64,000 bases of DNA, from the NCBI RefSeq assembly GCF_009914755.1, contig NC_060947.1. One strand, given 5' to 3'. The notes under the pieces are model-generated. The model made no database searches. It was not told the DNA's origin and saw only the letters and a list, made by a program, of their open reading frames with translations. Made by a program: the position numbers and the translations under genes. Positions 1 through 15,275 of the stretch are shown piece by piece (positions within the stretch are counted from its first letter, which is position 1; every line of letters starts with the position of its first letter). The stretch is from the human T2T-CHM13v2.0 reference genome, Homo sapiens.

Positions 1-208
1 CAGTGAGACTGCCATGTGAAGATTGGCTGCCCCAAGCCAAGGAACGACCAGAGGCTAGAAGAGTGACCTGGAAAAGATCTTTAGTGGTGAGCATGGCACT
101 GCCAGCACTGTGATCTCAAACTTCTAGCCTCCAGAACTGTGAGACAATATATTTTTGTTGTTTAAGCCTCATAGTTTCTGGTACTTTATGACAGCCCTAG
201 CACACTAT
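1..208 (+). mobile_element. MaLR LTR fragment (MLT1B/MLT1C-like), 3' part
   Basis: MLT1-type motifs gccaaggaac...ttctagcctccagaactgtgagacaata...ttgttgtttaagcc; subfamily approximate. Confidence 0.7.
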
Positions 209-307
209 CGCAATCACATCCATGAAAATAAGTTTGAGATGCAGTTTGGCTTTTGGTTTGTTTCAGTTTGTTTTTTAACACCTGGGCACATTCAAATGCA
301 GTGTCTG

Positions 308-1293
308 CAGCAAAAGTAACTATCATCAGAGTGAACAGGCAACCTACAGAATGGGAGAAAATTTTTGCAATCTACCCATCTGACAAAGGGCTATATCCAG
401 AATCTACAAAGAACTCAAACAAATTTACAAGAAAAAAACAACCCCATCAACATGTGGGCGAAGGATATGAAGAGACACTTCTCAAAAGAAGACATTTACG
501 CAGCCAGCAGACACATGAAAAACTGCTCATCATCACTGGCCATCAGAGAAATGCAAATCAAAACCACAATGAGATACCATCTCACACCAGTTAGAATGGC
601 GATCATTAAAAAGTCAGGAAACAACAGGTGCTGGAGAGGATGTGGAGAAATAAGAACACTTTTACACTGTTGGTGGGACTGTAAACTAGTTCAACCATTG
701 TGGAAGACAGTGTGGCGATTCCTCAGGGATCTAGAACTAGAAATACCATTTGACCCAGCCATCCCATTACTGGGTATATACCCAAAGGATTATAAATCAT
801 GCTGCTATAAAGACACATGCACACGTATGTTTATTGCAGCACTATTCACAATAGCAAAGACTTGAAACCAACCCAAATGTCCATCAATGATAGACTGGAT
901 TAAGGAAATGTGGCACATATACACCATGGAATACTATGCAGCCATAAAACAGGATGAGTTCATGTCCTTTGTAGGGACATGGATGAAGCTGGAAACCATC
1001 ATTCTCAGCAAACTGTCGCAAGGACAAAAAACCCAAACACCGCATGTTCTCACTCATAGGTGGGAATTGAACAATGAGAACATTTGGACACAGGAAGGGG
1101 AACATCACACACCAGGGCCTGTTGTGGGGTGGGGGGAGGGATAGCATTAGGAGATATACCTAATGCTAAATGACGAGTTAATGGGTGCAGCACACCAACA
1201 TGGCACATGTATACATATGTAACAAACCTGCACGTTGTGTACATGCACCCTAGAACTTAAAGTATAATTTAAAAAAAAAAGAAGAAAAGAAAA
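308..1293 (+). mobile_element. 5'-truncated L1PA (about L1PA3-5) 3' end with A tail and 15-bp TSD
   Basis: ORF2 C-terminal peptides ([33 protein letters not shown]; MEYYAAIK), L1PA 3' UTR and A-rich tail; TSD CAAATGCAG(T/C)GTCTG at 293-307 and 1294-1308. Confidence 0.95.
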
Positions 1294-1438
1294 CAAATGC
1301 AGCGTCTGTAGAGGACGATCAACAGATCCTGCAGCTCTTAGTGTTTCCTTTTGATAAATCTTTGTTCTGGACGTTAATATTTTAAAGCATGGCTTTTTCT
1401 AAGTTTAAAAACTATCAAATGTAAGCAGTATCTTATAA

Positions 1439-1693
<255 letters not shown>

Positions 1694-2044
1694 TAATTTC
1701 TAAAAATAGATCACTACCATTCAGGATTTTAAAACTAGTTGTTAAATTACATATTCAGTATTACAATGAAAATCTGAGGAGTGTAATAAAAACTTTACGC
1801 GTTTGAAAATGCATGATGCCTTGGGTAGTGAAAGTCTTTTTAAGAGATATGTTTATCCATCTGCACTGTTTGCAGTTTCACTTGAAAGCAATACAAAGAA
1901 TCTTCATAGAAATGTTTACATTGAAATTTCATAAGAGAAGGAAGACAGACAATTCTTTCTCAAATAATATAGCTATTAGAGTCAAATATATTTTATAGAC
2001 TTTTAGTTGAGGCTTTTTATTTCTGATATGCATTTTAAAAATCA

Positions 2045-2240
2045 TCGAGAGATGAATAAGTTCAAAAGAGCTATTGTATAACATGATGACTGTAGTTAAT
2101 ATATTTTTGAACAATGTTAAAAGAATGGATGTAAAGTTTTCTTACCACAAAAATGGTAACTATGAGGTAATGTGTATGCTACACATTAAACAGACAGTCA
2201 ATATATATAAATTTCTCTCTCAATTAAAAATAAATAAAAT
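2045..2240 (+). mobile_element. Old L1MA-type 3' end fragment
   Basis: gaataagttc...ctattgtataacatgatgactgtagttaat...ggtaactatgagg followed by A-rich end. Confidence 0.6.
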
Positions 2241-2453
2241 TTTTTTAAAATAACCCCCCCAAGAAAATTTTTTTAATGAAATCATCAAAAGAACATACTA
2301 AAATTCATATTCCTAGGTCTTATTTCCAGATGCCCTCTGAATATACATTTTGACCCAGCTCCCCAGTGATTCTCATGAAGGGGATCTGTAGGCTACCCTT
2401 TCAGAAACACTGCTATGTATCCTTTTAGCCTTCACCCAGGTTTCATAGTGTGA

Positions 2454-2803
<350 letters not shown>

Positions 2804-3314
2804 ATAGAAAGAATCATTGTTTAGTAAATGAATACATTGTGAGATTTTTTGGTTTTGTCTTGTTTTTAAGAGAGAAAGAACATTTAATTCTAATCATCAT
2901 ACCTTTTGGACATGATTTTAAGTCTTGAAACTTTAGGATTGTTTTCTTCGCGACTGAAAGAACTAGGTTGAGTGTATTGCTAACATACTATGTAGGATAA
3001 TCATGCCCATTCTATCCATAGCTGTTCAGGACTTGTACAAAATTCTGATTATATGAAATAATTGTAATAATCACCTAGGATGATGATTCTTTGGCAATTT
3101 TTATTGGTATTTTACAGACATTTATATACTTAATTTCCATTATTTTGAAACCTTACATTGCCTATATTGCCATGGAAGTATATATTATTTCCTCTCTGAG
3201 AAACTTGGCATTTAGAAGGCACATTGCTGAATTGTATTGTCACATTTTGTGTTATATGCTTTCTCAGTTTTGTACCCATTAATTAAAACAAATTATCTTC
3301 ATCAATTTATTCAG

Positions 3315-3407
3315 CGAATAGGTCATGGTGATAAAAACCACACCGATGCTGACCGTTCTCCTATTTTTCTCCAGTTTATTGATTGTGTGTGGCAAATGTC
3401 AAAACAG
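3315..3407 (+). CDS. MTM1: Myotubularin exon 12 (93 nt)
   Basis: tttattcag|CGAATA...AAACAG|gtaagg; [31 protein letters not shown], in frame with exon 11. Confidence 0.98.
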
Positions 3408-4021
3408 GTAAGGAATATGAGGGATGAAAATACATTCAACTCATTGTTTAAATTAAACATTTTAATATAATGATTGGGATTTGACCCCAAAATAATACAG
3501 GGTAGAGCTAGAGATGAAGCAAGACTGGGCATGTGTGAATACTTGCAGAAGCCAGGTACATGAGCGTTCACCTTTTTATTCCTGCTACTATTGATATATC
3601 TGGGATTTTCCCTAATAAAGTTTTAAAAATTAAGTATTTAACTCTGATGTCTCTACTAGTGGAATTGACAATACCAAGTCGTCGTTTATATACATTTTAC
3701 ACTGACCCTTATATATAGCTGTGTCTGCTATCTCATAATAGCTTAAATAACTAAACTACACTGTACCTGCAGGAGAACCCAGAAAATCAGCCTGTTTATC
3801 TCATTTTCCTCTTTATTGCTTTATTTAACACTTAAAGTGCTCAGACCTATATAAACTGCTAAAAAAAGAACAACTGTAGTGTGTGTGCAGATTACAGCCT
3901 CTGCTGTCCTTCCTAGAGCCCTACAATGTGGCAGCATTTGTTTACTTCTACAGTGTATCTTTCTAATTTTATAAAGTTTCAGTCCCAGTTTTTCATGCTT
4001 TGTTTGCTTGTTTTTGTTTAG

Positions 4022-4141
<120 letters not shown>

Positions 4142-4269
4142 TAAAATGCTATTTTTTTTGATACATTAGGCTTGCCAAAATGTATGTAGTCTACCATGAA
4201 ATATAAAAAATATGATAGCTTGTAAGACACTGTCTTTGACCTCAAAGAGTAGGAATTACATTAAAGGTA

Positions 4270-5029
4270 TGCATTTTGTGTTATATAAAGGAATACCTGA
4301 GGCTGGGTAACTTACAAAGAAAAGAGGTTTAATTAGCTCACAGTTCTGCAGGCTGTACAAGGAGCATAGTGCCGGCATCTGCTTAGTTTCTGGTGAGAGC
4401 CTCAGGCTGCTTCCACTCATGGCAGAAGGTGAAGGGGAGCCAGTGTGTAGAGATCATATGGTGGAAGAGGAAGCAAGAGAGAGGGGAGAGGGTGCCAGGC
4501 TCTTTGTAACAACTCAGCTGTCTTGGTAACTAATATAGAGTGACAACAAACACCTAAGAGAGAGCATTAATCTGTTCATGAGGGACCTGTCCTCATGACC
4601 CAAACACCTCCCACTAGGTCCCACCTCCAAAATTGGGGATCAGATTTCTTTTTCTTTATTTTTTTGTTTGTTTGTTGTTGTTGTTGTTGTTTGAGACAGG
4701 GTTTCACTGTCGCCCAGGCTGGAGTACAGTGGCACAATCTTGGCTCACTGCAACCTCTGCCTTCCTGGCTTAAGCAAGATTCTCCCACCTCAGCCTCCTG
4801 AGTAGGTGGGACCACAGGTGCACACCACCACAGCTAGCTAATTTTTGTAGTTTTAGTAGTGATGGGGTTTTGCCATGTTACCTGGGCTGGTCTCGAACTC
4901 CTGAGCTCAAGTGATCCACCCGCCTCACCCTCCCAAAGTGCTGGGATTGCAGGTGTGAACCACTGCGCCCAGCCTGGCGATCAGATTTCAACATGAGGTT
5001 TGGAGAGAACAAATATTCAAACTATGACA
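4270..5029 (-). mobile_element. MaLR LTR (MSTA/MSTB-like) split by an Alu
   Basis: aggaatacctgaggctgggtaa...gctcacagttctgcaggctgtacaagg...tttcaacatgaggtttgg...caaactatgaca. Confidence 0.8.
4649..4974 (-). mobile_element. Alu (AluJ/S) with (TTG)n tail inserted in the MST LTR
   Basis: Antisense Alu dimer; duplicated GATCAGATTTC at 4638-4648 and 4979-4989. Confidence 0.93.
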
Positions 5030-5735
5030 GAGGTTCCCCCAAAAGTAAAAATATAGCTACCATACGATCCAGCACTCCCACTATTGGGTACATATCTAAA
5101 GGAAATGAAATCATCATGTCAAAGAGGTTATCTGCAATCTCATGTATATTGCAGCAGTATTCACAGTAGCCAAGATATGGACTCAACCTGTGTCCATCAA
5201 CAGATGAATAAAGAAAACGTAGTACCTATATACAGTAGACTACTACTCAGCCATAAAAAATGAAATCCTACCATTTGCAACAACATAAGTAAATCTGGAG
5301 GACATTATGCTAAGCGAAATAAACCAGGCACAGAAAGACAAATACCACATGATTTCCCTTATGTGTGGAATCTAAGAAAACTTGAACCTATAGTAACAGA
5401 GAGTAGAAGGGTAGTTACCAGGGGCTGGGGAAGGGGTAAGGGAAAGAGGAACATAGTGGTCAAAAGATACAAACCTTCAGTTATAAGTACTAAAGACCTA
5501 ATGTGCAGTATGGTAATTATAGTTAATAATAATGTATATTTGAAATTTGCTAAAATAATAGATCTCAAGTGTTCTCACTGCAAAAAAAATTGGTAACTAT
5601 ATGAGGTGACAGATGTTAATTAGCTTGATTGAGGTGATTATTTCATAATGTATACATATATCAAAATATCACATCGTATACCTTAAATATATACAGTTTT
5701 TATTTGTCAGTTGTAAATAATACTGGGGGAAAAAC
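5030..5735 (+). mobile_element. L1MA-type 3' end
   Basis: ORF2 end (ctaccatacgatccagca...) and L1MA 3' UTR motifs. Confidence 0.8.
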
Positions 5736-5968
5736 ACAATTGTTTCTGGGAAAAGAGGTGAGAGAGAGCACTTTTTTTCATAACCTTGTCAAACTATTTG
5801 ACTTTTTAAACTATGTGCATATATAAAAATAAAAAGAGTAACATGCAAATAAATACAATGTGGTATATAGATTTTGGCATCAAAAAGGTACAACTGAGGT
5901 TTTAGGTGGATTCAGAGAAAGGCAAAATTATGCTGTCGTTATTCATGAAATGAAATACATATGTTTAA

Positions 5969-6326
<358 letters not shown>

Positions 6327-7082
6327 TAGCTTATTGCTCTTTTCTTATTAAAGTCATTACTAGGAAAAGTTTCAGATTCTACCTTTGGTAATTTTAATTC
6401 TTGTATTTTTATTTCCCTAGCTTTGATGTTTTTTTTTTTCTTCCTCTCTCTAGTTTATGGTCAAAATTTTGTAAACGCCTGCAATAAAAAGCAATGAAAA
6501 TGTGAATATCTTTATGAGATGGCAACACTAGGCTGAAAAGCTTAGACTTCGTGTAGTCAGTTATCCAGATGTTTTCAAAGATATGGATGTTGACATGATG
6601 TAGATTAAACATCTGGATGGTTGATTAAAATAACTGTGTCCAGATGCCTACTGTCAAGTAGACACAGATTAAGATTTCATAGTTCCAACAAATGGAAAAG
6701 TTGTAAAAGTCATTGGGATCTTAGGATAATTTTTCTTTTCACTGAATTAAAAAGAGTATACCACCCATCTGTTCATAAATGTTTTACCTAGCTGGGAATA
6801 CTCTTCTTTGGTCAGTGAATTGCATTTAATGGTACAGTATCCTGCGCCCCTGTCTTCAGGCAGAAATAGTGGCTCTCAAGCTAGGCCATTACCTATGCAA
6901 ATATCGATAAGTGGCTGCCAAGCACTCACTGGCCCATGAGGCTTTTTGAGCTATTATGAGGATAATGTAAATGTGTGATTCAATTTGATGCTGAACTGTA
7001 TTGCTACAGGCTGCAAAATGGTTTGTGGATTTATGTGTGTTTTTACTTAGGCTCTCCACTTTCTCTCTCTGTCTCTCTGTAG

Positions 7083-7307
<225 letters not shown>

Positions 7308-10300
7308 TAGATAATGTTATTTGGTATGGATTTTTTTTAACAGCATGAAGAAAAATATCAGACTCTAAAAACACACTTATTGTTAAACTCAACCTTAATT
7401 TAAATTTTTTTTAATTACTAAACCATGTGTTTTGATGTTAAGCTGCAATTCTTCTGCCAATGTGATATAATTGTTTACTATAATGCAAGCTGATTTAAAG
7501 CTCTAGAAAATTTGAGTTTTCATAGCCAGAGATTTCCTTTGATCACTTGAAGTAGTTATTCATTATATAGACATTGTTTGAAAATTCTTTACATTGACTA
7601 GACTTAGATGATCCTGTTAAGAAAATGTTTGCTACTCTCATTCAGGTGTATGCACTAGATCAGCTAACATCAGATTGCTTTTCACTGAGGGTATTTACTT
7701 CTAAAATAAAGATAATTACTCTGTCAATGGTAGTAAATTCAGTTGGCCATTTATCAAACAAAAATGGAAACAATGAGTTTGAAGTGAAAGACTCTACATT
7801 TTGTTAAAGACACACTTGGGCTTTCCATTCTCCCACCTCCACTCCATCCATAATCAGAAGGAAAAACAGCCTGCAGTACTTCAGTTTATTGATTTGTTCT
7901 AAGCATTATAAATATTCAGTATTTGTGATGGTTCTTTGTAAAGGTTTGCACATTTTCCTGCAGTGTGGGTGGTCGACTACCTGTTCTCACAGTTCAGTCT
8001 TGCATAAGCACCAGCTTTAATGCCAGAAATAGGCTGGCCACAGCAGGGTCCCATAGCTGTGGCCTCTCTCTCAGATTGTTCATTCCTCTCAGGCAGTTGG
8101 CTGCATGCCAGTCTGTGCCCTACCTCCTCACTGGAGAAGTGCCCATTTCAAGCTGGCACCCTCATTTCAAGGTCTGTGCTACTCACGTGAAAGGCTTTTG
8201 CAATTTGGTAATGGTTGAAATGTGTATTCTTTTGGAAAGTGACAGATTCCAGGGCTTGAGAACATTCACTTGTTTAGTTTGGAATTTGAGAAGCACATGG
8301 GAGGAATTTATTTAACAGTAGTTCTAGCATTTTGGAATATCAAGTAAAGAATAAATAATAATCCTTACAGAATTCTAACTGCTTTTACAAGAGATGTGTT
8401 CCTTATTAAAAAATGTTTTTATAGATGAGCACTGTGTTTGTCCTATAAAATAAGCCTTTTCCATATTTGTCATGGCTTGTTTTTAAAATATTGGCAATGA
8501 GAAAGTACGGACAGTTTTTGTGTAAGTCCTGTAATCTCTTCTCACCCATTTGTACTTGGAGAAATTCTTGAAATTCAAGGAATTTGGAGCAGTTCATTTC
8601 TGAATTCCTAAAGGTAATAATGATAATTGTGTGACAGGTCAAGTTTGAGGGTACATCATTAGAAGAACTTCTTAGAATGTATTTATCCCCCTTAGTCTCA
8701 CAGATCTTGGCAAAATGGAACTGGCCTGGAGAGGAGTGCTCATTCTCTGGTAGGGGTTTTTACTTCGAGACAGGAATTGGCCTATATTATGATCTATTGG
8801 CATGAATTCAGAAAAGAAATAACTTATCCTTTCTATGTGGATTTTCTGAATATGAAGGATCCTACACACATCTTTATCTCCCTAGGCACTTTGTGTTTTC
8901 ATCTACCAAATATTGAATGTTCTCATGCGTCAGGCACTAGGGGGATGCAGAGATTAAGAAGAAATGGTCTCCGCCCATGAGTAGCTCCCAAGCTGGTAGG
9001 GGCGGCCAGAAACATAAGCCAATGGTTATAATGCACAGGGATAAGTGTAAGAATAAAAGTATGAATTAAGTACATTAGGTTTGCTTAAAGATCTGCTTAT
9101 GTAGAACATTATTTCATACAGAAATAGATTAAATCGCATAGGACTTTTAAAAGTACATAATATAAACCTAAAAGAATGTACTTAACCACTTAAAAGTTAA
9201 ATTGTTATTCAGTTGTGTGAGCCAGAAGGTATTCAAACAATTACTGGCCACCTGTAGTATTCACAGCACTATGGTGGTATACTATCAATGTTGAAAGATA
9301 CAAAAGAATATACAGCCTCATAATGAGCTGTTAGCCTCAAAGAAGGCAGGATTAGTGTGCTTTTAAAAGCAAAAGCCACCAACCCTTGCTGACATAAAAT
9401 CTCAGCAGAGTTTATGGAAAGACCAATGCTTACATTTGAAAAGCTATCAATAAGCAGATCTGGTACTTTTATTTAATACAAGGAAATTACTCATGTCAAA
9501 AGCATAGTCATATTACAAACCTGAGTAGGAATTTTGGCTGCCAGTGACCATCATACGGTACTCTAGGAACCACTGCATTCCATGTAGCTGTTAATCAGGG
9601 TTACACTGGATGTACTGAAATTTTATATAGTGGTAACTGAAGGATGAGATTCAGGACAAATATTAGCAGGTTGACCTGTGTGGCATTTGTTTCAGTCATT
9701 TTTGATAGAAAAATTTAAAGGGATATGAATATGAAAATTGTTTGAAGCCTACAATACTTCCATAATGAGCTGATTGCCTATCTTCTTTTCCATGCCAAGC
9801 TGAGACATACTTTATAATTCATTTCCCAAGTGAGAAGTTGAGGTATAATATTTTGTCACTTGGCTTGAAGTTTTCATTTCTTGTTGTCTTTGTATTCTAT
9901 CACAAATGGACTCTTCTCTTCTTTTACCTGCTCTAAGTGGTTTGTGTTTGTCTGTAGCCCAATAACTTCTATATATTTTATACCCATTACTTGACTGAAT
10001 TATCTTTTTATTTCTAACAGTTTTTCTGTTTACTCTTTTCAGTTTTCTGATGATACAGTCATGCCATCTGCAAAAATTACTGTTACCCGATTTCTTTTTC
10101 TTATCTAATTGCACATGCTCATTGTAATATTCAAGCTGATTCTAAATTCTAATACTCATATTTCAAAGGGAGGTTTTAAAAATAGCCACAGTTTTGGAGG
10201 AGAATATCAAGGAAGAACCTGCCCTGCTATATAGCAAGACTTATTTGGAACAGAGTAGAGCCCAGAAACAGACCTGCGTCAATGTGGAGACTTGGAATAG

Positions 10301-10371
10301 TAAGAAGGTGGCAATGTAACACATCCCTATGAGTGGAATGTTCAGTAAATGGTGCTGGGACTGGAAATGAA

Positions 10372-11220
10372 AGTTAACATGTCAAAACAGAACTCCTCAT
10401 GTTTCCCCCAAAACCTCCTCCTCCTGCCATCTTCCCCATTTCAGTTCGTGGTAGCGCCAGCCTAGTCGCCCTGGTCAGGAACCTTAGAGTCATCCTTGAC
10501 ACCTTTCTCTCCCACACCCCATGTCCAATCAATCTGTCAGGAGAGCTTCTTGGGCTCTGCCTTCAAAACACAGCTAGAGTCCAAGCACTTCTCACTGAGC
10601 TCCCACCACCATGCTGGTGTGTGCTGCCTGCCATCTCCCGTGTGTGGCAGCGATAACCTTCTAGCTGGACCCCCTGATGCTACCTTTACTTCTTTCTACT
10701 CTTCTCAGCATGGCAGCCAAAGCAGATCATGCCACTCGCCTGCTAGAAACTGGCCAGGTAGCTGCTCACCTCACCCAGAGTCAAGGCGCAAGTCCTTACA
10801 ATGGTCTCTGAAACCTCGTGTGACTGCCACCCCACCCCTTACCTCTGTGACCTCCTGGCATCCTCACCAACAACCTTTCTCACATGCTCAGCTTCAGCCA
10901 GACTGGCCTCTGCTCTTCTTCAGGCACTCAGGTATCCACTTGACGCCCTCCTTCATCTCCCTTAAGTCTTTCCCCAAAAGTCACCTCTTCAGTGCAGCTC
11001 ACTCTGACCATCCAGTTTAGAGTGGAATCCTGTTACCCTGCTCTAGTCTTCTGTAGAATTGATCACCTTCAAACATTCTGTGAAACTCCCAGGATCGTTA
11101 TGTTCGTTGTTTGTCCGTCTCCCCCTGCTAGAAGATAAAGGCCATAAAAATAGGTATTTGGGCCTCCTTTGTTCACTGCTGGATCCTGAGCACCTAGAAC
11201 AGTGTCTGGCCCTCAGTTGA
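10372..11220 (+). mobile_element. L2 (L2a-like) 3' fragment
   Basis: aaccttagagtcatccttgac...cacctagaacagtgtctggc, typical of the L2 3' region. Confidence 0.75.
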
Positions 11221-11515
11221 ATTTTAAGAGAAAAATGGGCAAAGGATATTAGCAAGCATCCCACAGCACTTACTGGGTGTTAGGCATTCTACCAAGCGTA
11301 ATGCTATATATGCATTTTTGAAAAGCTTCCACTGCCAGGCCACACACTAAAAGTCACAGTGATCATAGGGAGAATGGGATTAAGAGGCTTCTGCAATCCT
11401 ATGGGCCTTTGTAACCAGAGCACTAATGAAAGCAGCAATCGCAGTAGAAATGTGGGCACGGTTCCATGTCTGCTGCATTTGTACCTGGCTTTAGCTGATT
11501 CACGCCTTGGCTGCC

Positions 11516-11962
11516 TGTAGTGGGTAGAATGGTGTGTCCCCCAAAGGACAGCGACCCACAGCCTGTGAATGTGACCATATTTGGGAAAAGGATCTTTGCA
11601 GTTGTGATTAAGTTTAGGATCTCAAGATGAGATCATTCTAGATTTAGGGTGGGTGGGCCCTAAATCCAATGACAGATGTCCTCCTAAGAGAAAGGAGGGG
11701 AAGATTTGAGACCCAGACATAGAGGAGAGAAGGCCATGTGAAAACAGGCAGAGATTGCAGCGATGCTGCCATAAGCCAAGGAACACCTGGAGCCACTAGA
11801 AGCTGGAAGAGGTGAAAAAGAATTCTCCCCTAAAGCCTCCAGAGGGTGTATGGCCCTGCTGACACCCTAATTTGGGGCATCTGCCCTGCAGAACCATCAG
11901 AGAGTAAATTTCTGTTGTTTTAAAAGCCACGCAAGTTTGTGTTAAATTTTTTAGGGCAACCT
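11516..11962 (+). mobile_element. MaLR LTR (MLT1C-like)
   Basis: tgtagtgggtagaatggtg...cctgtgaatgtgacc...ccctaaatccaatgac...agccaaggaacacctggagccactagaagctggaagagg. Confidence 0.8.
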
Positions 11963-12054
11963 CATGGCTCATGCTCCCTTCTCTAGGATACAGGTTCTAG
12001 AAAGTGTCTGCTTCTAATAGAGACCATTCTCCTGAACATTAAAAATTGGATCCA

Positions 12055-12377
12055 GGCCAGATACAGTGGCTCACATCTGCAATCTCTGCACTTTGGTAGG
12101 CTAAGGCAGGAGGATCACCTGAGCCCAGAAATTCGAGACCAGCCTAGGCAACATAGTGAGACCCCCTCCTCCATCTCTACAAAAAAAAAAAAAAAATGTT
12201 TTAAGTAGCCAGGCATGGCAGTGCATGCTTGCAGTCCTAGCTACTTGGCCAGCTGAGGCAGGAGGATCGCCTGAGCCCAGGAGTTCGAGGTTACAGTGTT
12301 CAAGATTTTGCTGAGCTACGATTGCACTGCACTCCAGCCTGGCAACAAAGTGAGACCCTGTCTCTTTAAAAAAAAAA
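12055..12377 (+). mobile_element. AluJ element
   Basis: Sense Alu dimer with AluJ-type gagcccaggag motifs and A tail. Confidence 0.92.
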
Positions 12378-12536
12378 CAGAAACGTAATACTAAACCGCA
12401 GCATTCTTCATCAGTGCATTGTCTTCACAGCTTCCTTGTTGGTGTGCACAGCTTCAGCAAATAGTTCAACACAGTAGAAAGCAGGATGGTTCTGGAAACC
12501 ACTACATGTGGAAGGCACTTCTGTAGACGTTTGGCT

Positions 12537-13672
12537 TTTTTCTTTTTTTTTCTTTTCTTTCTTCTAAAAAAAAGGGTGGGGGGATACATGTGCAGAACGT
12601 GCAGGTTTGTTACATAGGTATACGTGTGCCATAGTGGTTTGCTGCACCTATTGATCCATCCTCTAAGTTCCCTCCCCTCACCCCCCACTCCCCAACAGGC
12701 CCTGGTGTGTGTGTTCCCCTCTCTGTGTCCATGTGTTCTCAATGTTCACCTCCCACTTATGAGTGAGAACATGCAGTGTTTGGTTTTCTGTTGCTGTGTT
12801 AGTTTGATGAGGATGATGGCTTCCAGCTGCATCCATGTCCCTGCAAAGGACATGATCTCATTCCTTTTTATGGCTGCATAGTATTCCATGGTGTATATGT
12901 ACTGCATTTTCTTTATCCAGTCTATCACTGATGGGCATTTGGGTTGGTTCTATGTCTTTGCTATTGTAAATAGTGCTGCAGTAAACATGTGTGCATGTGT
13001 CTTTATAGTAGAATGATTTATATTCCTTTGAGTATAATGGGATTGCTGGGTCTAACGGTATGTCTGGTTCTAGATCCTTGAGGAATCGCCACACTGTCTT
13101 CCACAATGGTTGAACTAATTTACACTCCCACCAACAGTGTAAAAGTGTTCCTGTTTCTCCACAGCCTCGCCAGCATCTATCATTTCCTGACTTTTTAATA
13201 ATCGCCATTCTGACTGGCATGAGATGGTATCTCACTGCGGTTTTGATTTGCATTTCTCTGATGATCAGTGATGATGAGCTTTTTTTCATATCTTTGTTGG
13301 CCGCATTGTGTGTCTTCTTTTGAGAAGTGTCTGTTCATATCCTTTGCCTACTTTCTGATGGGGTTGTTTATCTTTTATTTTTATAAATATGTTTAAGTTC
13401 CTTGTAAATTCTGAATATTAGACCTTTGTCAGATGAGTAGATTGCAAAAATTTTCTCTTATTCTATAGATTGCCTGTTCACTCTGATGCTAGTTTCTTTT
13501 GCTGTGCAGAAGCTCTTTAGTTTAATTAGATCCCATTTGTCAATTTTGGCTTTTGTTGCAATTGTTTTTGGTGTTTTTGTCATGAAGTCTTTCCCCATGC
13601 CTATGTCCTGAATGGTATTGCCTAGGTTTTCTTCTAGGGTTTTCATGGTTTTGGGTTTTACATTAAGGTCTT
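12537..13672 (-). mobile_element. 5'-truncated L1PA (about L1PA7/8) 3' end
   Basis: Antisense ORF2 C-terminal peptides ([26 protein letters not shown]; [23 protein letters not shown]) and T-rich tail at 12537. Confidence 0.93.
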
Positions 13673-15046
13673 CATATATTGCTTAAGCTTTCTAGAAAGT
13701 GCTTGCCCCTGATCCCTTCAAAACATTAACTTTCTGGAGTACTGTTCTGTTGTATATCTTGACCTGGGTGTGATTACCTAAATGTATACGTATGTCAAGA
13801 TTCACTGAGCTGAACATCTGAAGATTTTGCACTGTGTGTGGTTTATATCTCAGTACAAAACTTTTAAAACTTAACATGCTGGGAGAGTCACGTTATGCTC
13901 CAGCCTGACTTCTGCCTTTGTATCAACATCAATCCCTTGTTTACTCATCAAAGTAGTCACCATTGTAGCAAAACAGATGCTATTAACTCACTTCACTCAC
14001 ACAATGCCATGTGAGGGCTATGCTGTTTTGATTCCCATTTTACAGATAGGGAAATGGAGGCACACAGAAGGTGAGGGGGCAAACCCAGCATTCATACCCA
14101 AGGCGGAGCATTGCAGAGCCGCTATGGCTGTCAGCCATGTATTCAGATGGGCAATAAGCACATGAAAAGATGTTCTAGCAGAGCAATACAAACGAAAACT
14201 ACCGTGACATACCATGTCACAGCCCTCAAATTGGAAAAAAGAATAATAATCGTATGCTCCCAAGTTCTAGTGAGAATGCAGAACAATGGGAACTGCCAGG
14301 TATCACCAGCAGGAGCCTCTCTGCAGGCAATTTGGCAGCATCTGGTGAGGTTGAAAAGACCATATTCTACTTCTCAGCAGTTCCACCCCTAGGAAAATTC
14401 CTTAGAGAAACACTCGCATATGTGCTTGAGGAGATGTGTACAAGGATACTCAGTACAGCATTGAACACACTACCGAGGAGCCCTGGAAATCACTGATTAC
14501 CCATCAGCCTGGGAAGGGGTGGAGAAACTGGTTTATTCCTTCAATGCAACTTAACAAGGATGAAATTCAGAAAACATGTTGGGTCAAAATGTCAATTGAT
14601 AAATACCAGATGGTACCAGTGATGTAAACTTTGATAAAACACAAAGTAATACTGTATTTTGTTGCTGGATACTCACAGGAAAAGTGTCACAAATCTGCAC
14701 AAAAAGGAAGGTCACATGGCAACTTGAGAAGAGTTGTCCCTCAGAGTGAAAGAGGACAGTGGGTCTGGGACGGGCAACACGGGAGACTGGAGCTGTGTCT
14801 CGGCTGACACATTTTCAAAGATAGTGACACGTGTGAGGAAATGTGTACATTAGGTATTTCTTGGTGAACAAATACTTAGTACTTGGGTGTTTAGTACTCT
14901 GTGTTGTACTTTCCTGTATGTGTCAATGAGGCAGTAGTTAAGGAAAGTATGTATTATGGTAAACTTTGAGTAAAGGGCTTATTTACAAATCAGCAGTCAC
15001 AGCAGATGGGTGGAACACGTGAGTTCTCATGACGTGCGTGGCATAA

Positions 15047-15244
<198 letters not shown>

Positions 15245-15275
15245 GGGGGGACCCTGGCACCGCATTAGAGCTCGA

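Noticed and set aside
253-1244. ORFs of 64-166 aa as possible genes
   Set aside because: Fragments or antisense translations of a truncated L1 ORF2 and 3' UTR
10496-11020. 174-aa ORF in MTM1 intron 14
   Set aside because: Lies within a decayed L2 element; no splice or homology support
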